Below the pieces are notes generated by a model that was not told where the DNA came from, did no database searches, and saw nothing but the letters and a program-made list of their open reading frames with translations. A stretch of DNA of 63,343 nt, filler included, from Reclinomonas americana ATCC 50394 (Eukaryota): the NCBI GenBank assembly GCA_048213135.1. It is 13 parts of 13 records of this genome, joined end to end, with 100 filler letters (N's around TTAATTAATTAA, not from the genome) between each part and the next. Parts side by side here need not be neighbours in the genome. Positions count along the whole stretch, not along the records: positions 49,424 to 56,330 come from AFZH01022395.1; positions 56,431 to 59,099 come from AFZH01022397.1; positions 59,200 to 60,321 come from AFZH01022399.1; positions 60,422 to 61,756 come from AFZH01022403.1; positions 61,857 to 63,343 come from AFZH01022414.1; 8 more parts are not named here. One strand, written 5' to 3'. The translations under genes were made by a program, and so were the position numbers. Shown in pieces: positions 52,179 through 63,343 of the stretch; positions within the stretch are counted from its first letter, which is position 1; each line of letters begins with the position of its first letter.

Positions 52179-55100
52179 TCACCGTGGATGCTTCGGCAAA
52201 TCTGTATTGCAGAGACTATGAGACAACAATCCAGCCCAGAGATGACATTTCTCGTGTCCTCATCCATCTTCTTCCTCATCCTGTCTTCCTCCCTCCTTCC
52301 TTGTCTTTCCTCAGTCTATTCCTCTCCTCCTCTTCATTCTCTTCGTAAACCACCAATTCCTTCTTCTCTTCATTCTCCTTCTTCTCCTGCTCTCCCCTAT
52401 TCCACACCTGCCTTGTTCTTCTCCTCTTCTCTTCCTTCGCCCCTACTTCCTGTTCTTATTCTTCCACACCTTCTCACCCCATATCTTTCCCGTTTTCTAG
52501 TTGGCATTCTTCTCCTCTCTATCTCTCAGTTTTCTACTCTTCATTCTCCTTCTTCTCCTCCTCTCCCCTATTCCACACCTGTCTTTTTCTTCTCCTCTTC
52601 TCTGCCTTCGCCCCTTCTTTTGTTTTTTCTTCCACACTTTCTCACACCATATCTTTCCCGTGTTTCTTCTCTTCACCCCCCTTCTCCTTTCTTCCTCCCT
52701 TCTCCTGTGTCCCCCCAACCCCTCAACACTCACCCAACATGGTGCGCACAAGATCCGTGTTGACGCTGACGGCCAGCGGCAAATCCGTCGGGTCGTACAC
52801 ATCGAGCACGCGGCACAAATCGATGAGTAGCTTGCGGCACGAGGTCACCGGCAAGGCGGCAATACGCTTACTGCGCAACTGCGCCAGTGCCACCAGTGCA
52901 TCCTCCACCTCGGCGGCTCGCGCTGTCTGCCGTGCCAGTGCGTCCACCCACAAGTGGCGCCGCTTGTTCAGTCGCCGCCGGAACCCGTCGCTGTAGCCGC
53001 GACCAGCGGTACGCCGGCTGCGTCCCCAATGCTCCGGCACAAAGTCGATCTTGGCGTACTGCGCATCCATAAAGTCGTCCACATTCGGCTCGTCGTCCTT
53101 GCCGTGCTGACTGGCGGTGGCGGCGACTTCGTGGTGGTGCTTTTGAATAATGTCGGCGGCGCGATCGACCAGGTACCGGCGCAGGAGACGATGAGCGCGC
53201 TTCACGGCCTGCACGCTGCGATCCACGTCGGCAAACGACTGCCTCTCCTTTTTCGTGTAGTGCTTGAAGATGCGCTCGGCCTCGGCCAGCGTGCGCTCCA
53301 CCTCGGCGTCCTTGACGCGAAGCAGCTAGGAAAAGGGGAAAGGGGGGAGAGTGAGCGGGTGAGGGGAGGGAAAGGGAAGAGGAGGGAGGGGAGACGCAAC
53401 TCGTTCGCAGCGTTCGCGCTCCATCTCAAAGAGGCGTGTCCAGTGTTCGGGCGACGGTTGGCTCTCCTGCGGAGATTGCAGAAGGGGTGAGCGAACAGGA
53501 AAGACGGGGAAGGCGAAGGGAAGAAGGGAAATATGAGGCCAAAGGGGAAAGGAATAGGGGAGGAAAACTGCAAGGTATCTGGGAGTGAGGGAACAGGGGC
53601 AAGTGAAAGGGATGAAAGCAAAACGGGGGGAGTGACAAGGGGAATATGAGACGAATGGATCGGGAAGAACGCTTCTTGACAGGTTGCCACTGAGCAGCAT
53701 TCTTGCTCTTTCGTGCTGTCACTGGATCCAAAGTTGTGGTTTTTCTCTCAATCTCATTCAAGCACAGACACAGACACACGCACACTCACTCACTCACTCA
53801 CTCACTCACTCACTCACTCACTCACTCACTCACTCACTCATTCACTCACTCACTCACTCACTCACTCACTCACTCACTCATTCACTCACTCACTCACTCA
53901 CTCGCTCACCGACTGGCTGACTCACTCACTCACTCACTCACTCACACCCTCCCTCCCTTCACTCACTCACTCACTCACTCTCACTCATTCACTCATTCAC
54001 TCACTCACTCACTCACTCATTCACTCACTCACTCACTCACTCGCTCACCGACTGGCTGACTCACTGCTGACTCACTGACTGACCCCGGCGCCCCTCCCCT
54101 TCGCAGACTCACGCACGCACATATTCTTAAACTTCAATCGAGAAGAAAAAGAGGAAGCAGAAAGGAATGACCAGGGAGAGGAGCTACCTTCTCACATGCA
54201 GCCCTTCCTTTCTCTCGCTGTCCCTTCCCTTTCTCCTTTCCCTTTTTCTCCCTCTTTCTCTCCTCCTCCCTTCCCCTTTTCCCCTGCTCCCTCTCCCTTC
54301 ACGCACCTGCTGTGGCGACTGTCGCTGATCAGTGTGTGGAGCAGCACTAGGTGGGGCTCGTCCACGCGCAAATGCCTGCATTCGTCAACATCATGAGCAG
54401 CAGGATGAAACACCCTTTGACACTTCTGCTTCTCTCACCTCTTGCCTGGTCTTCCAGATCATGTCCTCCAGATCCTCCATGTGCTCCACCAGCTGATCGT
54501 ACTCGGTGCGTGGGTGCGTCCGCAAGCGTCGTCGTCGCCGAGACTGCGTGCAGGTGAGTTGCAAGAATTGTGATGTGATGAATCAAGAGAAACGCACTTC
54601 ATCCAGCGCGGCACGCTGCTCTTCGTACTCCTCGTCGGTGCGCGGCGCACGCATCTCCAAGATCGGAAACTGGTGTCGTGGCCAGTATCGCCCATCGTAC
54701 TGCGCGTGCGAGAGAGAGGAAGCGAGAGAGAAGATGGGTGAGAAAGAAAAAGAGAGAGAAACATAGGCAAGAACATTTTTCTTCTTCCTTCTTCTCCTCC
54801 TTCTTATTCTCCGTCCTCCTCTTCTTGTTCTTGTTCTTCTTCTTCACCATCTTCTTCTTCTTTTCTTCATCTTGTTCTTCTTCTTGTCCTCTTCTTCTTC
54901 TTGTTCCTCTTGCTCTTCTTCTTCTTGTTGTTCTTCTTCCTCTCCTCCTCCTTCTTCTCCTTTCTTCTTCTTTCTTCTCCTCCTTCTGTTCCGTATTCTC
55001 CTCCTTCCTCTTCTTGTTCTTTGTTCTTCTTCTTCTTTTTTCACCATCTTCTTCTTTCTTCGTCTCATTCTTGTTCTTATTCTTGTTCTTCTTCTTCCTC

Positions 55101-58071
55101 TGCTCCTCCCCCTCTCTTTCTCCGTCTTCTTCTTCTTCTCCTCCTCCTCCTCCTCCTCCTTCTTCTTCCCATGGTTATTCTCCTTCTTCCTGCATTTCTT
55201 CTTCCCCTCCTCCTCCCCCTCCTCCCCCCCTCCATCTCCATCACAAAACCTGGTGAAGCAAATTGGCCACATTATCCAACCTCGCCGACACGTCCTCTTC
55301 ACCGGCGGCCGCACGAATCTCTCGCAATTCGTGCCGCAGCAACTCGGCCAGCATCTTCGGAGTCTGCGCGGCACCACATCATGTGAGCCATTTCCCTCCC
55401 CATGCCTCACACGGACTCCATTTCTCACCTTTTCCAGTTGCTCCAATGCGCTCCTTTGTGTTTTCAGCTGCGATTCGTGCGCATTCAGCACACTCTCCAA
55501 GTGTCGCAACTTGGCCTCCAATCCCAGGTCGCTGGCCATACTGCCGCGCCCATCATCCAAACGCGCAGCAATGGCCTCGTGCCTGCAAAACAAAACAGGG
55601 TCGGCATCCAATCACCACCCATTTCACCAACAATGCACAGCGACGTACAAGCGCTCCTCCAAATCCAACTCCGAGCCACTCGGTGCTGAATACCGCAAGG
55701 ACGACTGCAATCCGCAATCACATGAGCTACTTTTGCAAACAAACCCGCCTTCCCTCAATGCATACGCACCGCCTCCGAGTGTGAATCCACATGTGAGGCG
55801 CCGGCACTGCCCGATGTCACCGAGCTCACCCGCTCACGCAGAGACGCACCACTGCGCATGCGACTGCCTCCACTGCGACGACTGCGACTCAACGGGGCGG
55901 GAGCAACGGCCGCGGCGGCATCGCTGCTGCTGTCCTCGTAGGCGCTGGAGGGTGGTGAGCGAACTCGGCGATCCTTGCGACGCGAGAGCGGCGGCGACGA
56001 CTGTCCCTCGCTGACGCTGTCGCCACTGCTGTACGCGCTCTCCTCCACCACCTCGCCAGTGGACCTCGACGTGCTGTGACGGATGCTGCCGGCGTCACTC
56101 AGCGAGGCGTGGCGCGACGGCGGCTGACTGTCCGAGTAGTGCGATAGCGATGGGCTCGACTCGCGACTGTACGAGCGTCGATCGTCGGATTCGTCACCCG
56201 ACCGCCGCGTGTACGAACTGCCGCTGGCGGCACCACTCTCCGCGCCACGACTCTGTACGCGCGAGTCACTGCCTTCGGTGTACGAGGCCGACGGCGCCGT
56301 TCGTGAGCCCGACGACGAGTATCCCGAGCGNNNNNNNNNNNNNNNNNNNNNNNNNNNNNNNNNNNNNNNNNNNNTTAATTAATTAANNNNNNNNNNNNNN
56401 NNNNNNNNNNNNNNNNNNNNNNNNNNNNNNAAATGTGAAGGAAAGAGGGGGAAGGGGAAAGGGATGAGGGAAATGGGAAGAGGGAGAAGGGAGAAGGGGA
56501 GAAAGAAGAAGAGAACGGGAAGGAGGGAAAGCAATGAGGAGTGAGTGAGAGAGAAAGAGAGGTAGGGAGAGAGAAAAAGAAGAGAAGAGAAAGGATGAGG
56601 GAACGACGGGCGTAAAGGGGCAAGAGAGAGAGAGGAGGGGAAAGGATGAAGAGGGAAAGAGAAAAGGGTTGAGTGGAAGGGATACAAGGCGGAAAACTGA
56701 AGCAAATAACGGAAGGAGAAATGGAGAAGACAAGGAAAGCACGAGAGTGTTGTAGGACGACTGCACGACCGGCAAGACAGAGAAAGCAGCCAGAAAATTG
56801 CGGTGGCTTGAAATGTACGACGCAACGACTTCGAAAATCGGAATGAATGCTGCCACTGCCCATGTCGCTGAGGAGGTGGGTGCCGGTGCTTTGGGTGCCG
56901 GCTGAGGAGGAGGAGGAATGTGAGGAGAGTGGGGGGATGTGAACAGCGACAAGATATGGAAGAGCGCAACTCTCTCCAGACAGGGGTGATCCGTGGCGGT
57001 CGCGAGGGGAGAGCTGGGTGGAGGGAAGGGAAGGGTAAGTAAGAGGGAAAAGAAGGGGAAAGTGATTCGAAGAGAGAGAGAAAAAGAGAGATGAAAGGCG
57101 AAGAGAACTGATTGCAGTGTAACAGGTGACGAGAAAAGTGGAGCAACGGCGAGGGGGGATGTATGTGGGTGTGTTTCCCGCAGTCTCAGAGAGAGCGAGA
57201 GAGAGAGAGAGTGACGGAGGAGAAGAGCAACGACGAAGGGGACTGCTTGTGCCTCCGCCAGTCACGAGAGGAGGGAGATAGACAGAGAGAAAGAGAGATA
57301 GTGTGGAGAAGGAAAAAGATGAGGAGAAGGAGAAAAAAGGGATGAGGGTCGAGAAGAACGGCGACGAAGGGATTCTGCTTGTGCTTCGTCAAGTCTCACG
57401 AAGAAAAGGTAAGCTGTTTGCAGGCGAGAGAGAGCAACAGGAGATCGACAGACAAGGAACAGTCGTGCAAAGTCCAAGTCGCTCAGTACGATCCCCTTCC
57501 CTCCATCTCTGCGTGTGCGAATACAATCGCGACAAGTCCAAAACTCTCTTTCTCATGTTGTGTGTGTGCGTGTGTGCGTGTGCGTGTGTGCGTGCACGAT
57601 CGTGTCGTCTAGAAGCTCTCTGCATCATGTGAAGGGCCAACGATCGCACAGGCTCCTCTCTTTATGTGTGTGTGTGAGAGAGAGTGTGTGTGTGTTGCAA
57701 GATTGTGTCCATTCTCGATCGCTCTTTGCATCGTGCAAAGAAACAGCGGTCGCACACTCTCTTCTCCCTCTCCCTTTTCGTCACTCTCTCTCTCTCTCCC
57801 CCTCTCCCTCCCTCCCTCTCACGCAACGCTCTCTCCCGCCGACAACTGCCTCGACAACATCTCCATCAGCTCATGCCTCCCTCCACCTCCTCCTCCTCCT
57901 CCACCACCCGTCATCTCCGACGCACTGCTGCGCATACTGCTGCTCATAGTCATCGCCAGTCGCTCATCTCCGCCATACTCGTCTTCCTCTGCGTAGTCCT
58001 CTCCACGGCGACGTTGCTGCTGGTGACTGCTGATGTCGCTGCCGGTGAGCGTCCCGTCGAGGAGACTCATG
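52179..58071 (-). CDS. Hypothetical multi-exon coiled-coil / Ser-Arg-rich protein spanning one contig gap
   Basis: ATG at 58071 (MSLLDGTLTG...). Exons include LEAKLRHLESVLNAHESQLKTQRSALEQLEK, EYDQLVEHMEDLEDMIWK and RLFEMERERCER|LLRVKDAEVERTLAEAERIFKHY. The probable last exon is DLPKHPR*. Confidence 0.6.
53783..54080. repeat. (CACT)n tetranucleotide microsatellite in an intron
   Basis: About 300 bp of ACTC units with an internal higher-order duplication (cgctcaccgactggctga twice). Confidence 0.95.
54780..55240. repeat. (TTC/TCC)n low-complexity intronic tract
   Basis: Almost purely pyrimidine on +; it lies between coding exons of the minus-strand gene. Confidence 0.85.
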
Positions 58072-58277
58072 GCTGAGTGCAAAGAGAGGGCGAAAAATGT
58101 GACCGTTACGCGACGCTCGGGACGAGGGGACAAGCTAAAAGACGGGCGATGGGAGGGTGAGGCTGTTGATGTGCGTGTGGTGTGCGGGTAAAGTGAGTTA
58201 ACGGCGTTGTTGAATTCGTTAAATGATGTTGACTTGCCGGCGTCCTGCATTCGACTTCACAAAACACTTCATTCCCG

Positions 58278-58500
58278 TCACCGGCCGCTCTCAATGCCCA
58301 TCTTCTTCAACAACGCCCGGGTAGTCTGTGCACACGTTCCAACTTGCGTGAAAACAATCGGCACGTACGTAACCACACCGCTCCAGTGAGCGTCCACCAA
58401 CTCGGCATACAGCTTGCGGTCGTACGCCTTCTGCAGTGCCTCCTCGTCCTTCGGGTACGCAACGGTGGGCTCCACAATCAGCACCTGTGCGTCGACACCT
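58278..58500 (-). mobile_element. Relic of the restriction-like endonuclease (RLE) C-terminus of a non-LTR retrotransposon (R2/NeSL/CRE-like)
   Basis: VLIVEPTVAYPKDEEALQKAYDRKLYAELVDAH...VTYVPIVFTQVGTCAQTTRALLKKMGI resembles the RLE pattern hhhD/ExTV...(A)...K..KY..L...hPhhh..hG...T..hLxxhGI. No upstream PD motif or RT domain; the frame ends in stops. Confidence 0.6.
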
Positions 58501-58757
58501 GGACCTGCTCTTCTCCTGCTGCCAACATGTTCTACGGGACCTAGGCCTTCTCTGCTGACTCTCGCTCTCTACTGCTTGTACGGGACGCGACATGCTGCAA
58601 GGTGCTCTTTCTTCTTTACACACACACGGATTCCGGATGCATCATCTCACACGCACTCAACAATTTCTCTCTGACAGACTGGCAAAAAAACAAACAAAAA
58701 CAAGAAATGCACAACAAAAACCAGAGGTGCTCAGACTGCAAACCATTTCCTCCCCAG

Positions 58758-59575
58758 CTCACTGACCGTCGCCACTGCCGCTGCCCGATGCTGCGCCAGC
58801 ATCCTCCATGTCCTGGTCTTGCGGTGTGGCGTGGGCGAGGGCGTCGATAAAGGCCTCGGTGGTAACCTGTGGGGGAAAAAGGCGAGGGTGAGGGGGGGGG
58901 GCGGAGGAGGGAAGGGGAAGGGGAGGGGGAGGAGAGGGGAGGAGAAAGGGGAGGGGGAGGAGGGAGAGGAGGGAGCAGAAGGTGGAGGAGAAGGGAGAGG
59001 AGCAGGGAGAGGGGGGAGCAGAAGGCGGAGGAGAAGGGAGAGGGGAGGGAGGGGAAGAGAAGGGAAGGGAAGTAGGAAGAGAAGGGGGAAGAGAAGGGGN
59101 NNNNNNNNNNNNNNNNNNNNNNNNNNNNNNNNNNNNNNNNNNNTTAATTAATTAANNNNNNNNNNNNNNNNNNNNNNNNNNNNNNNNNNNNNNNNNNNNC
59201 AAGAGTAAGTATAGTTTCTCTGCTCACTCGCTCACTCTGACACACACTCTTTCTCGCACACACTCACTCTCTCTCTCTCTCTCTCACACACATGCACACA
59301 CAGAGCGAGTGAGTAAGAGTTTGCAAATGAGTTACTTATCGGTATCTCACGCGTCCTTTCACCGCGCTCTCTCTCTCTCACACACACACTCTGTCTGTCT
59401 GCATGCGCCTCTCCCTCTCACTTAGAGAGTGCGCGTGTGAGCAAAGGAGCACAACAGTGAGCGAGAGAGAGAGAGTGAGAGCAGATGCGAGTCCACCTCT
59501 TCTCTCACTCGCGCACTAATCACGCACCCGCCAATGACGACTTCCGCACCAAGTGCCGATGCAACTCTGACATAG
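58758..59575 (-). CDS. 3' exons of a gene, possibly the C-terminus of a Sec1/Munc18-family protein
   Basis: An exon VASALGAEVVIGG ends at a GTGCGT donor. After the gap, a terminal exon VTTEAFIDALAHATPQDQDMEDAG...* follows a CCCCACAG acceptor. This resembles the SM-protein 'EVVIGG..h.T...Fh..L' tail, but the match is short. Confidence 0.35.
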
Positions 59576-59747
59576 TCTCTCTCGCACACAATGGCAAAAA
59601 CACAACGCAGCGCGGAGGGGGGAGAGCAAAACGAAAACGCAAACCAAACATGAATTTCCCTCTTCAAATTGCGCACCCCTTATCTCCGTCTTTCTCTTGT
59701 GTATTCTCTCTCCCAGGTGCAGCCTGCACAACAAGTACACAACAACC

Positions 59748-59806
59748 TTACTAATTCAAGCAGCAACGCAGCTGCATGATGATCACCATCTTGAGTGAGC
59801 ACCAGA
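59748..59806. repeat. 59-bp dispersed repeat, copy 2
   Basis: ttactaattcaagcagcaacgcagctgcatgatgatcaccatcttgagtgagcaccaga; matches 37973-38031. Confidence 0.8.
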
Positions 59807-60421
59807 AACTCAGACATCACGGAAATTTAAAACGAGAATTAAAAGTTGATATGGCTAATGCTTGCGTTTCTGCGAGAGAAACCACGGCTCGTGACAAGCA
59901 TGGATTTGACGCCGAATTCCAAACATGAGTGCAGAAAACAATTGCGAATGCATGAAATATCCTTTTTTTCTTCCTCTTCCTCTTTTGCGTCTGTGTGCTT
60001 CCCGTCTCTCTATCTCTCTTTCTTCCGGAAAATGATCCTCTTCCTGCGCATGCTCCTGGTGAACAAGTCAAGAATACGCGACTTGCAATTGCGTATCTTG
60101 CAGCTTTTGCGTGTCGGCGGACAATTGCAATCGATATCTTAGGCACTGGAGGGGGAGATTGTGCGAAAGTGCCTAGGCGAGGAGGTGGGTGAGGGAGAAC
60201 GAGAGGAGAAGAGAGCGCGCGCGTTCAGTTTCTCTCTGCGAAATCCGAACCTTACACAATTGCATGAATTTTCCCTTTTTCCACTCTTCCTCTTTTGCGT
60301 CTCTCTGTGTGCTTCCCTTCCNNNNNNNNNNNNNNNNNNNNNNNNNNNNNNNNNNNNNNNNNNNNTTAATTAATTAANNNNNNNNNNNNNNNNNNNNNNN
60401 NNNNNNNNNNNNNNNNNNNNN

Positions 60422-61756
60422 CAATTTATGATAGATTGGAGTATTCTGTCGCTCACTTCCGTATTTCCAGCAATTGAACCACGCAGTTCGTGTTAGCACT
60501 CCTTCGGGCTCTCTGTCGACTCTGGTGGGCAACGGGACTTCCGGCACTGCCAATGGCACTGGAGCAAGTGCAAGGTTTAACCGCCCGTACGGCCTTGTTA
60601 TGGACTCGTCCAACAAAGTTGTATACGTCGGCGATTGGCAGAACAATGCTGTCAGAAAGGTGTGTGCGCAATCCGTTTGATTGTGTTGTGCACAATTTCA
60701 CATCCTTGCTTCCCACAACTTTAGGTCACATTTGGTGGCGAGGTCACCACTTACTGTGGCACTATTGGATCGTCGAGTACAGTTGATGGGGCTTGTGCAA
60801 CAACAGCACGGTTTGGTGGACCGAATGGTCTGGCATTGGACACGACAGGCAATCGGCTGTACGTTGGTGTGTATGTGTGTGTGTGTGTGTGTGTGCGTGA
60901 GAGAGAGAGGCGTTTGTGACACTAGATGTGCGCTTACTCGTCTGGGTGTGAGCAGCCGATCGAGTTCGGCATAATATTCGTGTTATCGACATGCTGGCAA
61001 TGACGGTTTCAACTCTGGCCGGCTCGCTCACCGCAGCGGCATGGTCGACAGATGCCACAGGCACTGCGGCTCGATTCTATACGCCAATTGGCATCCAGCT
61101 TGATCGAGCGCGTGGCGTACTTTACGTTGCTGATGTTGCGTCTGGTTGTTATGCAGTGCGCGTGAAGTACTTTCTCGCATCATTTATTGGAGTGTCTTTT
61201 AAAGTATTCCAACTCCACCATTCGCCAAATCGTCATCGGCACCGGTGTCGTTACAACCATCGCCGGCGCTGTGGGAGCCACGGGAGCAATCGACGGGAGC
61301 CCAGTGACAAGTGCTCGATTAGATGGCCCGGTTCGTTGTCTGGTGCTTGTGACGATTAGTTTGATGCGTCTCACTCATCGTGTCAGTCCAGGTGTTTATG
61401 GCGTACGATACCGCATCATCCACTCTGTATATTGCAGGTACGAGATCACGCAAGAGATGTAATCATTTTTTGGTTGGTACTCATCATATCTATCGATATC
61501 ACCAGAGTGGACCAACTCCGCCATTCGCCGACTCACCGTCGGCTCCTCTACTGTCTCCGCCACTCCGGCCACGTCTGGCGTCGCCTCAAGCACCGCCCTG
61601 ACCGCGTCGCTGACATCACTTGCCGCCAGCTGGACGTACTACTTCCGTGCCCTCTCCACCTCCACCGTGCCCAGCACTCTCACCGGCTCCACCATGTCCT
61701 TCTCCACCTCCAATTCCAAGCCGACTGACGTGGTCTGCCCTGCCACGTATGTCGCG
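60422..61756 (+). CDS. Internal fragment of an NHL/FN3-like module; inverted near-duplicate of 34303-35639
   Basis: The exon NHAVRVSTPSGSLSTLVGNG...QNNAVRK has the same translation in both copies. Exons and introns are collinear with the reverse complement of 34303-35639, with scattered substitutions. Confidence 0.85.
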
Positions 61757-61856
61757 NNNNNNNNNNNNNNNNNNNNNNNNNNNNNNNNNNNNNNNNNNNN
61801 TTAATTAATTAANNNNNNNNNNNNNNNNNNNNNNNNNNNNNNNNNNNNNNNNNNNN

Positions 61857-62335
61857 CTGGTGCCCTACATTGACGGCGTCAACTGTGTGCGCACGCTGGC
61901 GCACCTGTCGCACGTCGACCTCGTGCTCGTGCGCTCATGCCTCGAGCACCTGCTCTTCTACGACCTGATCATCATGGTGGATCTGTTCCAATTCAGCAAC
62001 ATGTACGTGGCGTGTCCGGAGGGCTTGCGGCATCTCATCAGCAGCGACGCCATGCGCCGACAATGCTTCAAGTACGTCGACACGCACCGTGACACGCTGC
62101 GCGACGCCGAGTCCGACGCCGGCACCGAGCGTACCTGCATTCGTGCGTACACCAGCATGAAGCCGGGTCGACGGGTGGGCCACGTCCTCGATCAGCTCAA
62201 CGTGCACACGGTGGGCATTGACGAGCGCAAGTTGGTGGCGTTTGGCGTGATTCAGAATATTATTCGGAGGGTGCATGAGTTTCCCGTGTTGGTGGATGTC
62301 GCTGATTGCCCGCCGGAGTTGCTCGACATTGCGCA
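61857..62335 (+). CDS. NPRL2: NPRL2 (GATOR1 subunit), internal exon
   Basis: LVPYIDGVNCVRTLAHLSHVDLVLVRSCLEHLLFY...VDLFQFSNMY...IDERKLVAFGVIQNIIRRVHEFPV matches the conserved NPR2/NPRL2 region. The exon ends at a GTTGCG donor (62336). Confidence 0.9.
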
Positions 62336-62479
62336 GTTGCGAGAGGGGGAAGGGGAAAGGGGGAAGGGGGTAGTGAGGGAAAGGGTGAGGGGGAGGGGGA
62401 AAAGGAAAGCGGGGAGGTCTGTGCGCCATAGCTTCTCACTAGAGTGTATTTTGGAGAGCGCTTCGATTTGCATTTCGAG

Positions 62480-62850
62480 AAAGAGAGCTCTCTAGTTCAC
62501 ATGGCACTGAGGCGAATGTGATTGTGTAGTCTGCGTTGAGTTGACGAACACAGCGAGAGGCGCGTGTTTTTTTTTGCTGTGACAGTCTATCAGTGGCGTG
62601 TTTTCAGGAGTGTTTCGAGCTGCATCTTCAGAACGAGGAGTCTCTAGTTCGCATGACTTACAGGAGATTGTACATGTGATCTGCGTTGAGCTGGCTTACA
62701 CAGCGAGAGGCATGTGTATTTTTCTGTGGAAGGCTATGAGTGGCGTGTTTTTAGGAGTGCTTCGTCAGCAGATCAAGAAAGAGGTTGCCATATAGGAGAA
62801 TGTGGTTGTGTGTGCGTTGAGTTGACTTGCAGAGCGAGAATTGTTCGTTT
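62480..62850. repeat. Degenerate tandem repeat (~150-bp unit, about 2.5 copies)
   Basis: tctctagttc.catg...tgcgttgag.tg.c...cacagcgagaggc..gtgt...agtggcgtgtttt.aggagtg is repeated. Confidence 0.7.
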
Positions 62851-63183
62851 CTTTTCTTTGGAAAGTGAGAGCGAGATCAGAGAGAATCAAGGAAGCCGTC
62901 AAGGGCTTGCCATGTTGTCTGTCTGGATTCTCGGTTGCTGGCATGAGATGCGAGAGACTGGGAGCGGTGGCGAAGGGAAGTGTGCTGTCTTTCCGCGGTC
63001 CTCTTTGTCGTCGTTCTTCCTTGATTCAGCGGTTCTATGGAACCCTGTCGTGACTCCATTTCCTTCGTCACTGGGAGTGCCTTGTGTGAGGCAGCGTTCT
63101 CGTTGATCTTTCCCTGTGCGTTTCGTCTCAGTCTCTGACGTGCTTTCTTAGTGGAGCTGAGTCGTTTTTCGTCAATGTGGCTG

Positions 63184-63343
<160 letters not shown>

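Noticed and set aside
53703..54078. (THSL)n ORFs
   Set aside because: Translation of the (CACT)n microsatellite.
6933..61856. Regularly recurring TTAATTAATTAA flanked by Ns
   Set aside because: Assembly linker with six-frame stops; not biological and not a CRISPR repeat.

Overview
Intron-rich nuclear DNA from a microbial eukaryote (species not identifiable from the sequence alone). It consists of 13 contigs joined by 12 artificial 100-nt linkers (N44-TTAATTAATTAA-N44). Recognisable genes are a PHO80/cyclin-P-type cyclin, RMND5/GID2, a UBXN4-like protein with two UBX domains, an atypical cytosolic Hsp70, part of NPRL2 and an EF-hand protein. There is also a very large (~21 kb) multi-exon gene encoding PH + LRR/LRRcap + a long alpha-helical region + a coiled coil, a secreted modular NHL/FN3-like/cadherin-like protein with a second near-identical segment inverted 25 kb away, several hypothetical genes, a relic of an RLE-type non-LTR retrotransposon, and many micro/minisatellites. 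Three observations stand out: (1) a very common 5' splice site GT-T-GCG(T), i.e. the local GTGCGT donor with one extra T, which keeps the reading frame at ten introns I checked; (2) an intact, intron-containing Hsp70 carrying K71M and E175A equivalents, a duplicated lid segment and no terminal EEVD; (3) an NHL propeller apparently inserted into a split, bacterial-type FN3-like domain. All exon models were built by hand, and no database searches were run.
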